Program-made: the position numbers and the translations under genes
Part shown: positions 24,004 to 25,410 of the stretch, piece by piece
Numbering within the stretch: position 1 is the first letter of the stretch
Layout: the number at the start of each line of letters is the position of its first letter
NCBI GenBank assembly: GCA_047514915.1
Contig: JAKZXP010000324.1
Span: 1 to 25,410 of the forward strand
Length of the DNA: 25,410 bases
From: Terriglobia bacterium
Lineage (GTDB): Bacteria > Acidobacteriota > Terriglobia > JAJPHL01 > JAPKYU01
Direction: 5' to 3'
The notes under the pieces: generated by a model
The model's input: only the letters and a program-made list of their open reading frames with translations
What the model was told of the DNA's origin: nothing
Databases searched by the model: none

Positions 24004-24108
24004 CGGCTCCTCCTCCTAAGACGTTGCTCCGCTCTGCAAACAACCCCCGTCCTCTTGCCAGCAAAATGGGGATACAGTATAGTACGCCGCGGTTCGAAAC
24101 ATACTTTT

Positions 24109-24886
24109 ATGCCAGCGCGAAAGCTGGAAAGCCGCGTAGCGGTAGTCACCGGAGCCAGCCGTGGCATCGGTCAGGCGATTGCCTTCGGCTTCGCTTGCGA
24201 AGGGGCGGCTGTTACGGTGACAGCGCGCACCGAGAGCGCCTTGAAGTCTCTGGTGGAGCGGATCCGGGGAATGGGGGGCAAAGCAATTGCGATTCCCGCC
24301 GACCTTGCCCAGGCCGAGGCGCCCCAGCGGATCGTCGAACAGACTCAAGCGGAGTTTGGAACCATCGACATTCTGGTCAACAACGCCGGGGTGGGCAGCA
24401 GCGCCGATCCCCGGCCCATGGTCGAGTTCAACGACGACTTCTGGCATCGCACCCTGGCGCTCAACCTCACCGCGCCGTACCTGTTGTCGAAGGCGGTGCT
24501 ACCCATTCTGCTGAAGAAAAAGAGAGGCCGGATCATCAACGTGGCCTCGATAGCCTCGAAGATGCCCTCTCTCCATGGAGTGGCGTATACAGCTTCCAAG
24601 CACGGGCTGTTGGGCATGACGCGAGTGCTCGCCCTGGAGGTGGCCAGCGAGGGCATCACGGTGAACGCCATTTGTCCCGGGCCTGTGCGCACCGTGATGA
24701 ACGACCTTCTACGATGCGGACCGCCTCGGCCTGAGCGTGGAAGAGCTGGAGTCACGCGTGACCCCCATTGGCCGCCGCTTGGAACCCGACGAAATGGTTC
24801 CGCTGGCCGTCCTCCTGGCCAGCGACGAGTCGGTGGCCATTACTGGACAGGGGTTCAACGTTTGTGGGGGCATGCTAATGTATTGA
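24109..24886 (+). pseudogene. SDR-family oxidoreductase interrupted by a frameshift at ~24706-24709 (real lesion or assembly error)
   Basis: Frame A: TGASRGIG, NNAG, NVAS, YTASK, NAICPGPVRTVMND(24705). After 4 nt (cttc), frame B from 24710 reads YDADRLGLSVEELESRVTPIGRRLEPDEMVPLAVLLASDESVAITGQGFNVCGGMLMY-stop, which is a canonical SDR C-terminus. Confidence 0.85.
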
Positions 24887-24887
24887 C

Positions 24888-24913
24888 TCGCCAACTGTCG
24901 CCACCTGTCGCCA
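24888..24913. repeat. 10-bp tandem repeat x2.5 (intergenic)
   Basis: tcgccaactg / tcgccacctg / tcgcca. Confidence 0.65.
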
Positions 24914-24940
24914 GAGTGGCAGGGACTCAGAGGGAACAGC

Positions 24941-24974
24941 ACGGAGGCCAGATAAATACGGAGACCAGATAAAT
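24941..24974. repeat. 17-bp tandem duplication x2 copying the ALDH ribosome-binding site
   Basis: acggaggccagataaat / acggagaccagataaat, immediately followed by cATG. Confidence 0.85.
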
Positions 24975-24975
24975 C

Positions 24976-25410
24976 ATGAAAATGTACATTGCCGGCAAGT
25001 GGGTAGACTCGCCCCAGATGTTGTCCGTGAAGGCGCCCTATTCGGGGCAGGTCGTTGACCGTGTTCCCGATGCGACTTCCCAGCAGATTGATCAGGCCTT
25101 GGCGGCGGCGGAAAAAGGGGCAGCGGCGATGGCTCAGTTGACGGCGTACGAGCGCAGCCAGATCATGCTCCGTGCCGCCGACTTGCTGCAGGCCTCCGTC
25201 GAGGACTTCGCACAAACCATCAGCCTGGAGGAGGGCAAGCCGCTGGTCGAGTCACGTGGCGAGGTGGGCCGGATGCCGGACCTCATGCGCCTCTCCGCCT
25301 ACGAGGGCGCGCAACTCCGAGGCGAGACTCTGCCGCTCGATTCGCAGGCGGGCGTCCGGGGCAAGTTCGGCTTTACTGTCCGGGTGCCCTGCGGGGTGAT
25401 CGTCGCCATC
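24976..25410 (+). CDS. Aldehyde dehydrogenase family protein (partial, runs off right edge)
   Basis: Manual translation: MKMYIAGKWVD...PYSGQVVDRVP...ERSQIMLRAADLL...TISLEEGKPLVESRGEV...RVPCGVIVAI, an ALDH N-terminus ending just before the PW/FN motif. Absent from the ORF track. Confidence 0.92.
   Translation, partial: MKMYIAGKWVDSPQMLSVKAPYSGQVVDRVPDATSQQIDQALAAAEKGAAAMAQLTAYERSQIMLRAADLLQASVEDFAQTISLEEGKPLVESRGEVGRMPDLMRLSAYEGAQLRGETLPLDSQAGVRGKFGFTVRVPCGVIVAI

Noticed and set aside
24703-24712. Programmed +1 frameshift in the SDR
   Set aside because: No internal SD sequence or in-frame stop as in prfB, and no precedent known to me in SDRs. A deletion or assembly error is more parsimonious; kept only as an alternative.
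23914-24972. 352-aa ORF taken as a full-length SDR
   Set aside because: Its first 65 codons overlap the opposite-strand dehydrogenase and intergenic DNA, and its tail after 24705 is out of frame relative to the true SDR C-terminus.

Overview
GC-rich bacterial window. The gene repertoire suggests an Acidobacteriota-like organism; this is inference, not a taxonomic computation. Left to right: (1) a minus-strand PSD1/planctomycete-cytochrome-c (DUF1549+DUF1553) gene followed by a Tat-type DUF1501 gene that runs off the left edge and is missing from the ORF track; (2) a CADD/CT610-like heme-oxygenase-like dimetal oxidase (putative self-sacrificing pABA synthase) upstream of panB-panC; (3) a convergent TonB-dependent receptor with a 139-bp MITE-like element upstream that contains a REP-like doublet; (4) a YtfJ/GerW + DUF2953 + divergent YtfJ-like trio; (5) an addB-addA helicase-nuclease pair, both subunits with four-Cys Fe-S-staple patterns; (6) an XRE regulator, a lipoprotein, a small secreted Cys/His protein and a secreted tandem cyclase-family protein; (7) a DsrE-family gene whose in-frame TGA sits at a conserved Cys position (UxxC) and is followed by a SECIS-like hairpin, i.e. 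a probable selenoprotein that the ORF track truncates; (8) an MFS transporter, a tartronate-semialdehyde-reductase-like dehydrogenase, a frameshifted SDR and a partial aldehyde dehydrogenase. About 21 short tandem duplications were found by eye. All 10 that lie wholly inside coding sequence have units divisible by 3, whereas 9 of the 11 others do not. All protein calls come from motif recognition by eye; no database search was run.
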